A stretch of DNA of 64,000 bases from NCBI GenBank assembly GCA_031363085.1, contig JANLTU010000004.1, forward strand, positions 3,055 through 67,054. The letters run 5' to 3'. Position 1 is the stretch's first letter, and every line of letters starts with the position of its first letter. The notes beneath the pieces were generated by a model. The model was not told where the DNA came from. It searched no databases and saw only the letters and a program-made list of their open reading frames with translations. The DNA is from Gammaproteobacteria bacterium (GTDB lineage Bacteria; Pseudomonadota; Gammaproteobacteria; SG8-11). This document shows positions 42,868-51,600 of this stretch, one piece after another. A program made the translations under genes and the position numbers.

Positions 42868-45747
42868 ATGTCGAATAATAATTCTCCACCTGTACCCGTC
42901 ATCGAAGTCAAAAACACCACCTGCTATATGTGCGCTTGCCGCTGCGGCATCCGCGTGACCTTGAACGACGGCAAGGTGCGCTATATCGAAGGCAACCCGG
43001 ATCACCCGATCAACAAGGGTGTGCTGTGCGCGAAAGGGTCGTCCGGAATCATGAAGCAGTATTCGCCGGCGCGGCTCACCAAGCCCTTGCGCCGCAAAGC
43101 CGGCAGCGAGCGCGGTGCCAATGAGTTTGAAGAAATTTCCTGGGACGAAGCCTTCAGCCTGATGGAAGAGCGGCTGAAAAAAATCCGGGCGACTGATCCT
43201 AAAAAATTCGCATTGTTCACCGGCCGCGACCAGATGCAGGCGCTCACCGGCTTGTTCGCCAAGCAATTCGGCACGCCGAATTACGCCGCTCATGGGGGCT
43301 TTTGTTCGGTGAACATGGCCGCCGGCATGATCTACACCATTGGCGGCTCGTTCTGGGAATTCGGCGGACCGGATCTGGATCGTGCGCGGCTGTTCGTGAT
43401 GTTCGGCACGGCTGAAGATCATCATTCCAATCCGCTCAAAATCGCGATTTCAAAATTCAAGCGCTCCGGCGGGCGCTTCATTTCGGTGAATCCGATTCGC
43501 ACCGGCTACTCGGCGATTGCCGATGAATGGGTGCCGATCAAACCGGGCACCGACGGCGCGCTGATCCTCGCGATCATTAACGAGCTGATACAAACCGGTT
43601 TGTATGACCGCGATTTTCTGGTGCGCTACAGCAACGCGGCGCAACTGGTGAACGTGGACGAGCAGCACGACGAATTCGGCTTGTTTATCCGCACTTCCGA
43701 CGTACCGCCGCCGGGCGTGATTCATCCGCAGGACCAATTGTGGTGGGATCGTTTCACCAATAAAGCGGTGGCGACGCACAGCGATGGCGCCGATCCGTAT
43801 TTGCTTGGCAGCTTCAAGCTTGACGACGGCACTGCGGTGAAGCCCGCGTTCCAGTTATTGACAGATCGCGTGAAGGACTACACCCCGGAGTGGGCCGCCA
43901 ACATCACCGGCATTCCGGCCGCGACCATTCGCAAGCTTGCGCATGAGATGGGTGTGATCGCGCGCGACGAAACCATCGAGCTGCCGATTGCCTGGACCGA
44001 TGTGTGGGGCAAGGAGCACGAAGTGGTCACCGGCAAGCCGGTGGCGTTTCATGCGATGCGCGGACTGGCCGCGCACTCGAATGGTTTTCAAACCATCCGC
44101 GCGTTGTCGATTTTGATGAGCCTGCTGGGCACCATTGATCGTCCTGGCGGTTTTCGACACAAAGCACCGTTCCCGCGTCCGATTCCGCCGTGTGCGAAAA
44201 CACCCAACGGCCCGCAAGGCATTCACCCGAACGAACCGCTGGGTGGCATGCCGCTGGGCTGGCCCGCCGATCCGAACGATTTATTCGTCGACGAACAGGG
44301 TGAGCCGTTGCGCATCGACAAGGGTTTTTCTTGGGAATATCCGCTGTCGGTGCATGGCTTGATGCACAACGTCATCACCAATGCGTGGCGCGGCGATCCG
44401 TACCCGATCGATACGCTGCTGATCTTTATGTCGAACATGGCGTGGAACTCGTCCATGAACACGGTTGAGGTGCGCCAGATGCTCAACGACAAAGACGCGA
44501 ACGGCGAATATAAAATTCCGTTCCTGATCGTCTGCGACGCGTTCCAGTCCGAAATGGTTTCGTATGCCGATCTGGTGTTGCCCGACACGACCTATCTGGA
44601 ACGCCATGACGTGATGTCGATGCTCGACCGGCCGATTTCCGAGTTCGACGGACCGGTGGATTCGGTGCGCATTCCAGTCGTGCCGCCGACGGGGCAGTGC
44701 AAGCCGTTTCAAGAAGTGCTGATCGAATTGGGCGCGCGCCTGAAATTGCCAGTGTTCATGAACAAGGATGGCTCGCGCAAATACAAGGGCTATCCCGACT
44801 TCATCATCAACTACGAAACCGAGCCGGGGTCGGGTATTGGCTTTTTGGCTGGCTGGCGCGGCAAGGGCGGCGAGAAATTCATGACCGGCGAGCCCAACCC
44901 GAACCAATGGGAAATGTACGAGAAGAACAACTGCGTGTATCACTACGAGTTGCCCAAGAGTTACCAGTACATGCGCAACTGGAACAAGGGCTATTTGGAG
45001 TGGGCGCGCCACCATCGCCTGACGCGTTACGCCGACCCGATCAACATCCATATTTATTCGGAAGTGTTGCAGAAGTTCCGCTTGTCGGCGCAGGGTAAAT
45101 ATCCCGGTAAAAAACCACCCGAACGCTATAAAAAACGCATCGTGGAATTTTTCGATCCACTGCCGTTTTATTACGAGCCGCTCGAAACGCAGTTGTCGGA
45201 CAAACAGAAATACCCGCTCAACGCGGTGACGCAGCGGCCGATGGCGATGTATCACTCGTGGGATTCGCAGAACGCCTGGCTGCGGCAGATTCATGCGCAC
45301 AATTATTTATTCGTGAATCCGAAAACCGCGCAGGCGCAAGGCATCGCCGACGACGATTGGTTGTGGGTGGAATCCATGCACGGCAAGGTGCGTTGCATGT
45401 GCCGCTATTCGGAAGCGGTCGAGCCCGGCACGGTGTGGACCTGGAACGCCATCGGCAAACAATCCGGCGCATGGAATCTGGAGCCGGGCGCGAATGAAGC
45501 GAGCAAGGGATTCCTGTTGAACCACATAATCTCGGAAGAATTGCCCGCCAATGCCAACGGCGAACATTTGTCAAATTCAGACCCCATTACCGGCCAAGCG
45601 GCGTGGTACGACGTGCGTGTGCGCATTTACAAAGCGGGGGCGAATGAGGAGAAAGAGACCTTCCCGCAGTTCAATGTGTTGAAGCCAGTGCCGGGTCAGG
45701 CACAGCGGCCCAAATGGCTGGAATATTTTGTGGGGAAAAAGAAATGA
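42868..45747 (+). CDS. soeA: Molybdopterin (bis-MGD) oxidoreductase catalytic subunit without a Tat signal, SoeA-like (sulfite-oxidizing enzyme A / PsrA-PhsA family)
   Basis: 959 aa. N-terminal Fe-S cluster motif CYMCACRCGIRV, no twin-arginine leader, and DMSO-reductase-family similarity throughout. Its size and the three-gene order match SoeABC of sulfur oxidizers. Confidence 0.75.
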   Translation: MSNNNSPPVPVIEVKNTTCYMCACRCGIRVTLNDGKVRYIEGNPDHPINKGVLCAKGSSGIMKQYSPARLTKPLRRKAGSERGANEFEEISWDEAFSLMEERLKKIRATDPKKFALFTGRDQMQALTGLFAKQFGTPNYAAHGGFCSVNMAAGMIYTIGGSFWEFGGPDLDRARLFVMFGTAEDHHSNPLKIAISKFKRSGGRFISVNPIRTGYSAIADEWVPIKPGTDGALILAIINELIQTGLYDRDFLVRYSNAAQLVNVDEQHDEFGLFIRTSDVPPPGVIHPQDQLWWDRFTNKAVATHSDGADPYLLGSFKLDDGTAVKPAFQLLTDRVKDYTPEWAANITGIPAATIRKLAHEMGVIARDETIELPIAWTDVWGKEHEVVTGKPVAFHAMRGLAAHSNGFQTIRALSILMSLLGTIDRPGGFRHKAPFPRPIPPCAKTPNGPQGIHPNEPLGGMPLGWPADPNDLFVDEQGEPLRIDKGFSWEYPLSVHGLMHNVITNAWRGDPYPIDTLLIFMSNMAWNSSMNTVEVRQMLNDKDANGEYKIPFLIVCDAFQSEMVSYADLVLPDTTYLERHDVMSMLDRPISEFDGPVDSVRIPVVPPTGQCKPFQEVLIELGARLKLPVFMNKDGSRKYKGYPDFIINYETEPGSGIGFLAGWRGKGGEKFMTGEPNPNQWEMYEKNNCVYHYELPKSYQYMRNWNKGYLEWARHHRLTRYADPINIHIYSEVLQKFRLSAQGKYPGKKPPERYKKRIVEFFDPLPFYYEPLETQLSDKQKYPLNAVTQRPMAMYHSWDSQNAWLRQIHAHNYLFVNPKTAQAQGIADDDWLWVESMHGKVRCMCRYSEAVEPGTVWTWNAIGKQSGAWNLEPGANEASKGFLLNHIISEELPANANGEHLSNSDPITGQAAWYDVRVRIYKAGANEEKETFPQFNVLKPVPGQAQRPKWLEYFVGKKK

Positions 45748-46466
45748 CGCAACTTGCGCTTGTTATCGATCTTAATGTCTGCGTGGGCTGTCACGCGTGT
45801 GTGACCAGTTGCAAACAATGGAATACTTCCGGCAACGCCGGACCCATGACCGACGAACGCCCGTACGGCTTGGAACCCACCGGCACGTTTTTTAACCGAG
45901 TACAGACCTTTGAAGTCGGCGAATTCCCCAATACCGACACCATTCACTTTCCGAAGAGCTGCCTGCACTGTGAAGACCCACCGTGCGTGCCGGTATGCCC
46001 GACCGGTGCCAGTTATAAACGTAAATCTGACGGCATCGTGCTGGTCGATTACGACAAATGCATCGGCTGCAAATATTGCTCGTGGGCTTGCCCCTACGGC
46101 GCGCGTGAAATCGATGAACACCAGAAGGTGATGAAGAAATGCACGCTGTGCGTGGATCGCATTTACGACATGCGGCTGCCGGAAAGCGAACGCAAACCCG
46201 CCTGCGTGATGGCGTGCCCGACCAGCGCGCGCTTGTTCGGCGATGTGCATGATCCGGAGTCCGAAGTATCGGTTGCGATTCGCGAAAGCGGCGGCTACGC
46301 GTTGATGCCCGAATGGGGCACGCATCCGGCCAATCATTATTTGCCGCGGCGCAAAACCAAAATGCACATTCACGAAGACGAGCTGGTGCGCATCGACAAC
46401 CCGCTTAAAAAAGAACATTTCCCGACCCATGATCCGCGCGAACCGTCGTTGGACGACATTGCGTAG
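45744..46466 (+). CDS. soeB: 4Fe-4S ferredoxin-type electron-transfer subunit, SoeB/PsrB/DmsB-like
   Basis: Start ATG overlaps the soeA stop as ATGA. Four Cys clusters (CVGCHACVTSC, CLHCEDPPCVPVCP, CIGCKYCSWACP, CTLCVDR...CVMACP). Confidence 0.8.
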   Translation: MTQLALVIDLNVCVGCHACVTSCKQWNTSGNAGPMTDERPYGLEPTGTFFNRVQTFEVGEFPNTDTIHFPKSCLHCEDPPCVPVCPTGASYKRKSDGIVLVDYDKCIGCKYCSWACPYGAREIDEHQKVMKKCTLCVDRIYDMRLPESERKPACVMACPTSARLFGDVHDPESEVSVAIRESGGYALMPEWGTHPANHYLPRRKTKMHIHEDELVRIDNPLKKEHFPTHDPREPSLDDIA

Positions 46467-46472
46467 TTACAC

Positions 46473-46527
46473 GTAGGGGCGCGATTTATCGCGCCCGCTA
46501 ACAGGGTGCAATAAATTGCACCCCTAC
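46473..46527. repeat. Tandem hairpins flanked by GTAG...CTAC: GGGCGCGA-ttta-TCGCGCCC and GGGTGCAA-taaat-TTGCACCC.
   Basis: Two 8-bp-stem hairpins in the 76-bp soeB–soeC gap. They resemble REP/BIME-type elements and may act as an intra-operon processing or stability element. Confidence 0.45.
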
Positions 46528-46542
46528 AAGGAAATCATAAAA

Positions 46543-47523
46543 ATGCATCCCGCTTTCTCGGTAATTTTTCTAACCACGCTGATCGGTGCCGGTCAGGGTT
46601 TGTTTCTTGCGCTGTTTCTGGTACAGGTGCTCGGCGTTGCTGACACGTTGGCACCGCAGGACGGCGTCACGTTTTATGCGGCCGGCAGTTTGATTGCACT
46701 GGCCTTGCTCGGCGGCGGCTTATTGGCCTCGTTCTTCCACCTCGGCCATCCGGAGCGCGCATGGCGTTCGGCGGCGATGTGGCGCACCTCGTGGTTGTCG
46801 CGCGAAGTGATTGTGTTGCCGGCGGTGATGGGCGCGATTTTCGTTTACGGCGTACTGCATTATTTTGGTATCGAAGCCAATATTTTCAGCTTGTCGAATC
46901 CCCAGCTCGGTGCGCTTACGTTTTGGGTCGGCGTGGCCGGCGCGCTCCTGTGCGTCGCGTTGTTTGTCTGCACCGGTATGATCTACGCGTGCCTGAAATT
47001 TATCGAAGAATGGCACTCACCGCTGACCTTGATCAACTACACCCTGCTGGGTAGCGCATCGGGCTTCGCACTGGCGACGGCATTCAGTGCTTACGTAGCG
47101 CCCAGCTTGGTGATTTTTTTTGCGTGGTGTTCGCTGGCGCTCACATTGCTCGCATTGGTGTTTCGCGTCGGCAGTCTGGTGCGTAACAAACGCATCCGCC
47201 ACATGAGCAATCTGCAAACGGCTATCGGCGTGAAACACAGCAAAATTCAGCAAAAGGCGCAGGGTGCGATGGGCGGCTCGTTTAACACACGCGAATTTTT
47301 TCACGGCAAGAGCGCCGCGTTTCTAAAATCGATCAAGTGGATTTTCCTGGTGCTGGTGTTTTTAGTTCCGATGGTGGTGATGTTGATTGCAATCAACATG
47401 CATGCCGGCGCGCTCTTCGTGTCGGTGTTCCTGATTCAATACCTTGGCTTGATCGCCGAGCGTTGGTTCTTTTTTGCGCAGGCTAAACATCCACAGAATC
47501 TCTACTACCAGACGATTTCGTAA
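46543..47523 (+). CDS. soeC: Membrane anchor subunit, SoeC/DmsC/NrfD-like
   Basis: About 8 TM helices. Start ATG 46543 (MHPAFSVIFL) follows an AAGGAA RBS. The ORF-track start at 46516 is a TTG inside the hairpin. Confidence 0.7.
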   Translation: MHPAFSVIFLTTLIGAGQGLFLALFLVQVLGVADTLAPQDGVTFYAAGSLIALALLGGGLLASFFHLGHPERAWRSAAMWRTSWLSREVIVLPAVMGAIFVYGVLHYFGIEANIFSLSNPQLGALTFWVGVAGALLCVALFVCTGMIYACLKFIEEWHSPLTLINYTLLGSASGFALATAFSAYVAPSLVIFFAWCSLALTLLALVFRVGSLVRNKRIRHMSNLQTAIGVKHSKIQQKAQGAMGGSFNTREFFHGKSAAFLKSIKWIFLVLVFLVPMVVMLIAINMHAGALFVSVFLIQYLGLIAERWFFFAQAKHPQNLYYQTIS

Positions 47524-47804
47524 AGTCGCGTCGAGAGGCGCTTCCATAGATAGAATTTTTACCGGCCAAGAAGCATTAGCTTGTCGTGCTATTTCTTGCC
47601 CCGTTAGTCTCCTATCGTTATTGAAAATAAAATGCGACGCTGCCGGTTCCCGGTGGCGCCTCGTACAACAACGATAATCCAGGCATGGCAGGGGCAGGTT
47701 TCGGGGTGCTTCCACAGGGCAAGGGATTAGTAGTTCGTGCAAGTTGGCGAGCGGCGTTTATGGCGCTGTGCAAATTCGTTCAACGTTGCAAAGGGAGATC
47801 ACAC

Positions 47805-49079
47805 GTGGATACCACGAATTACAATCGACGAAGTTTTTTACGCAACGCAGGATTGCTTGGTCTTGCAGGCGTCGCCGGCAGTAACACGACATCTGTGCTA
47901 GCCGCCGAGCCTGACGGAACCGCTGCCGCCAGTACGGTTACCTTGCCGTTTAATCATGGTGAACGACAACTGGTGCAGTACCCGCAAAAGCGGCCGCTGA
48001 TTGTACTCACCAGCCGCGCGCTGCAACTGGAAACGCCGTATTCGGTCTTCGACGACGGGCTTAAAGCCACCGGTAACAAGTATCTTATTACGCCCAACGA
48101 TGCGTTTTACGTGCGCTACCACAACACCCGCATTCCGTTGTCGATTGATCCTGCGCTTTACAAGCTGAGCGTCGCAGGCAATGTTACAACCCCGCTGAGC
48201 CTGACCCTGAACGACCTGAAAACCGGATTCACGCCGATGGACGTCGTGGCCGCCAATATGTGTACCGGCAACAGTCGCGGCTTCAATGTTCCGCGCGTGC
48301 CCGGTGGACAATGGGCGCACGGAGCGATGGGCAACGCGGTTTGGACCGGTGTGAAATTGAAAGACGTGCTCGCCAAGGCCGGCGTGGGTGCAGGTGCGGT
48401 GCAGGTAACTTTTAACGGCATGGATCAACCCGGTGAAGACACTATTCCCGACTTTATAAAATCTCTGAACGTCGATATCGCCACCGGCAACGGCGACATC
48501 ATTCTGGCCTACGCAATGAACGGTGCGGATTTGCCGATGCTCAACGGGTACCCGGTGCGTTTGATTGTGCCGGGCTACACCGGCACGTATTGGGTCAAGC
48601 ATCTCACCCGTATCGAGGTGGTCAACACGGTGTTCACCGGATTCTATATGGGCACGGCCTATCGCGAACCAGACAACGACTGCGCGTGCGTTCCCCCGGG
48701 TACTGCACCGACGGCTACGCGACCGGTTACGCATCCGCGCATTCGCTCCTTTATCACTAACCTGATCGAAGGTGCGAAGGTTACGGCGAAAGCACCTCAA
48801 GTGTTGCGGGGCTTCGCGGTTGATGGTGGTTCAGGCATCAAGAGCATCGAGATCTCGGTCAATGGTGGAGCGTGGATGGGCACGACGCTGGGAACCAATT
48901 TGGGCAAATACTCGTTCCGTGGTTTCGAGGCTTCATTTACGCCCAGCGCTGCGGGTCCGTATGCATTGAAGGTTAGGGCCACGGCGAATTCGGGTGAAGT
49001 CCAGCCCGACACGCAATTTTGGGCACCGACCGGGTACGGCTACAACCCGATTGAAACCATCAACGTCACCGCGATTTAA
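47805..49079 (+). CDS. sorA: Periplasmic sulfite-oxidase-family molybdopterin oxidoreductase, Tat-exported (SorA-like sulfite dehydrogenase)
   Basis: GTG start at 47805 after a GGAG RBS. Tat motif NRRSFLRNAGLLGLAGVAG. Mo-binding region (AANMCTGNSRG) and a C-terminal dimerisation domain of the sulfite oxidase family. Confidence 0.8.
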   Translation: MDTTNYNRRSFLRNAGLLGLAGVAGSNTTSVLAAEPDGTAAASTVTLPFNHGERQLVQYPQKRPLIVLTSRALQLETPYSVFDDGLKATGNKYLITPNDAFYVRYHNTRIPLSIDPALYKLSVAGNVTTPLSLTLNDLKTGFTPMDVVAANMCTGNSRGFNVPRVPGGQWAHGAMGNAVWTGVKLKDVLAKAGVGAGAVQVTFNGMDQPGEDTIPDFIKSLNVDIATGNGDIILAYAMNGADLPMLNGYPVRLIVPGYTGTYWVKHLTRIEVVNTVFTGFYMGTAYREPDNDCACVPPGTAPTATRPVTHPRIRSFITNLIEGAKVTAKAPQVLRGFAVDGGSGIKSIEISVNGGAWMGTTLGTNLGKYSFRGFEASFTPSAAGPYALKVRATANSGEVQPDTQFWAPTGYGYNPIETINVTAI

Positions 49080-49088
49080 GGAGACCTC

Positions 49089-49613
49089 ATGAACGCAAAC
49101 AGATTTTCAAATGGATTACACCAAAACAATAGGTGGTTACTCGTCACGATGTTATGTGTCGCGGCCGTTGGATGTAACGAGCCCACGAACCAGAACCGCG
49201 CGTCGGAACAAGTCAACGACGGCGTTGTTTTGGCCAACAACGATGGCAGCATGCCGGAAATCCAGGGGCTCGTCGCCACGACAGCGGTGCGGATTTCGTT
49301 GCCGCCCGATAAGTCGACCTTTCCACCGGGTCCCGATTTGGGCGCCGTTAACAGCACGGAGTGTAATGCGTGTCATACCCCGACCGACATCGCGGCATTC
49401 ACTGCACCACCGGGGGCACCCTTCAAATTGGTGAACGAGCAATGTCGCGGCTGCCACTCGGCGGACTACACCAGCTCGCAACCGATCATGACGCGTGCAG
49501 CGTGGCAGAAAGTGGTGACCAAAATGATCGACAAGTTCGGTGCCACCGATATTAAACCGGCGCATGAGAGACTTATGCTTGACTATATCGTGGCGGTTTA
49601 CGGTAAGCCGTAA
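49089..49613 (+). CDS. sorB: c-type cytochrome lipoprotein with two CxxCH motifs, SorB-like electron acceptor
   Basis: 174 aa with a lipobox (LCVAAVGC), heme motifs CNACH and CRGCH, and a strong RBS (AAGGAGA). It lies immediately downstream of sorA. Confidence 0.75.
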   Translation: MNANRFSNGLHQNNRWLLVTMLCVAAVGCNEPTNQNRASEQVNDGVVLANNDGSMPEIQGLVATTAVRISLPPDKSTFPPGPDLGAVNSTECNACHTPTDIAAFTAPPGAPFKLVNEQCRGCHSADYTSSQPIMTRAAWQKVVTKMIDKFGATDIKPAHERLMLDYIVAVYGKP

Positions 49614-49625
49614 GGCAAGAGCAGG

Positions 49626-49650
49626 GCGCGCAGGGGCGCGCCCTTTTTAA
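49626..49650 (+). terminator. Intrinsic terminator: GGGCGCGC-aggg-GCGCGCCC-TTTTT.
   Basis: Perfect 8-bp GC stem plus T5 run, 13 nt after the sorB stop. Confidence 0.8.
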
Positions 49651-49735
49651 TCCCTTGGATTCACATGTGAAAGGAATTGCGTGCTGGCACGACTAAACGC
49701 TGGCTTCAGTTTTCTCGTTTGAGTATCTTGGTGCT

Positions 49736-50719
49736 ATGACGCATACCCTGACCGATCCGTTTGGCCGCCGCATTGAATACGTACGCTTGTCCGTCACCGA
49801 CAAGTGCGATTTGCGCTGCTTTTACTGCCTGCCGAAAGGCTTTAACGATTTTGAAGAACCGCAGCACTGGCTGAGCTTCGACGAAATCGAGCGCGTGATG
49901 CGTGCATTCGGCGCCCTCGGCGTGCAGCGCGTGCGCATCACCGGCGGTGAACCGCTGGTGCGCAAGGACATGCCGCAACTCGCCGCACGTCTGGCACGCC
50001 TGCCCGGCATCAACGATCTGTCCTTGAGCACCAACGCTGTGCAATTAGCCAAGCATGCGCATGCCTTGAAAGACGCTGGCGTGGCACGTCTCAACGTCAG
50101 TCTTGACAGTTTAAGACCTGAACGCTTTCAAGAAATCACCGGCGGCAAATTGGAAAAAGTGCTGGCCGGTTTGCAGGCCGCCAAAGAAGCCGGTTTTCAT
50201 CCCGTCAAAATCAACATGGTGGTGATGAAGGGCGTCAATGACGACGAAGTGGAAGACTTGGTCGAGTATTGCATCGCCAACGACTTCACCCTGCGCATGA
50301 TTGAAACCATGCCGATGGGCGAAACCGGCCGCGATGCGACGCGTCATTACATGGACCTGCAAATTGTCAAGAAACGGCTCGAACAACGTTACGAGCTGAT
50401 CCCGACCGTCATGAATGGCGGCGGCCCGGCGCGCTACTTCAAGATCGGCGGCAGTAATTTACGCATCGGTTTCATCACACCCATCTCGCAGCATTTTTGC
50501 GCCACCTGCAACCGCGTACGTTTGTCGGTCGACGGCACCTTGTACATGTGTCTGGGCCAGGAACATAACTTCGAATTACGCCCGCTGTTACGCGCCGGCA
50601 TCAGCGACGCGGAATTAAGCGCAGCTATCGTCAAAGCCATCGCGCTAAAACCAGAGCGTCACGAGTTCAGCGACAAGCCAGAAAAAATCCTGCGCTTCAT
50701 GTCCAAGACCGGCGGCTAG
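49736..50719 (+). CDS. moaA: GTP 3',8-cyclase (molybdenum cofactor biosynthesis protein A)
   Basis: 327 aa with the radical-SAM motif CDLRCFYC and a C-terminal Cys cluster (CATCNRVRLSVDG). Confidence 0.95.
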   Translation: MTHTLTDPFGRRIEYVRLSVTDKCDLRCFYCLPKGFNDFEEPQHWLSFDEIERVMRAFGALGVQRVRITGGEPLVRKDMPQLAARLARLPGINDLSLSTNAVQLAKHAHALKDAGVARLNVSLDSLRPERFQEITGGKLEKVLAGLQAAKEAGFHPVKINMVVMKGVNDDEVEDLVEYCIANDFTLRMIETMPMGETGRDATRHYMDLQIVKKRLEQRYELIPTVMNGGGPARYFKIGGSNLRIGFITPISQHFCATCNRVRLSVDGTLYMCLGQEHNFELRPLLRAGISDAELSAAIVKAIALKPERHEFSDKPEKILRFMSKTGG

Positions 50720-50783
50720 CCAGATCGCGTAGTTTGTCAGACAATCCGCTTTCGGATTAGCCCCATTCACAGGAGACCCCCCC

Positions 50784-51566
50784 ATGCAGCGAATCATTTC
50801 AGCTACGGTGTTGACTTTTTTTTGCGCGCTGGCGCAAGCGGCCATCAAGGGCGAAGAAGTGCAGTACAACGTCGGCGAACAGGTGTTCAAGGGCTACATT
50901 GCCTACGACGACGCCAAGAAAGACAAACGCCCCGGCGTGCTGGTGGTGCACGAGTGGTGGGGACACAACGAATACGCGCGCAAACGGGCGCGCATGCTGG
51001 CCGAGCTGGGTTACACCGCCTTGGCGTTGGACATGTATGGCGACGGCAAGCAAGCCCATCATCCTGACGAAGCCGGTAAGCTCGCCGGTGAAGTGCGGCA
51101 GAACATGGACGTTGCCAAAGCACGTTTCGTCGCGGCGGAAGACGCGCTGAAAAAACATCCGAGCGTCGATGCGCAGAAAATCGCCGCCATCGGCTACTGC
51201 TTCGGCGGCGCAGTGGCGTTGCATATGGCGCGCGTGGGTGTCGACCTCAAAGGCGTGGCCAGTTTTCACGGCAGCCTGGGCACGGCGACTCCGGCAGTCA
51301 AAGGTGCGGTGAAGACAAAAATATTTGTCGCCAACGGTGCCGACGATCCCTTCGTCAAGCCCGAGGAAGTCGCGGCGTTCAAACAAGAAATGGACACGGC
51401 GGGCGTGGATTACAAATTCGTCAATTACCCCGGCGCCAAACACAGTTTTACCAACCCCGATGCCGACGAACTGGGGAAGAAATTCAACAAGCCGTTTGCC
51501 TATAATGCCGACGCCGACAAACAGTCGTGGAGCGAAATGCAGGCGTTTTTCAAGAAAATATTTTAA
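50784..51566 (+). CDS. Dienelactone hydrolase family protein (secreted alpha/beta hydrolase)
   Basis: 260 aa with a signal peptide, nucleophile elbow GYCFGG and DLH fold similarity. Confidence 0.85.
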   Translation: MQRIISATVLTFFCALAQAAIKGEEVQYNVGEQVFKGYIAYDDAKKDKRPGVLVVHEWWGHNEYARKRARMLAELGYTALALDMYGDGKQAHHPDEAGKLAGEVRQNMDVAKARFVAAEDALKKHPSVDAQKIAAIGYCFGGAVALHMARVGVDLKGVASFHGSLGTATPAVKGAVKTKIFVANGADDPFVKPEEVAAFKQEMDTAGVDYKFVNYPGAKHSFTNPDADELGKKFNKPFAYNADADKQSWSEMQAFFKKIF

Positions 51567-51600
51567 GTGTACCCGCGCAGCAGTCTGCGTGCCTCAGCGA

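Noticed and set aside
44281-45300. 339-aa minus-strand ORF inside soeA
   Set aside because: It is antisense to the 959-aa molybdoenzyme gene, with no recognisable motifs.
47898-48800. 300-aa minus-strand ORF inside sorA
   Set aside because: It is antisense to the Tat-exported sulfite-oxidase-family gene and has a shadow-ORF composition.
49614-49735. Possible Moco riboswitch upstream of moaA
   Set aside because: The leader is only about 85 nt after the sorB terminator. This is too short for the roughly 130-nt Moco RNA motif, and no conserved core was recognisable by eye.
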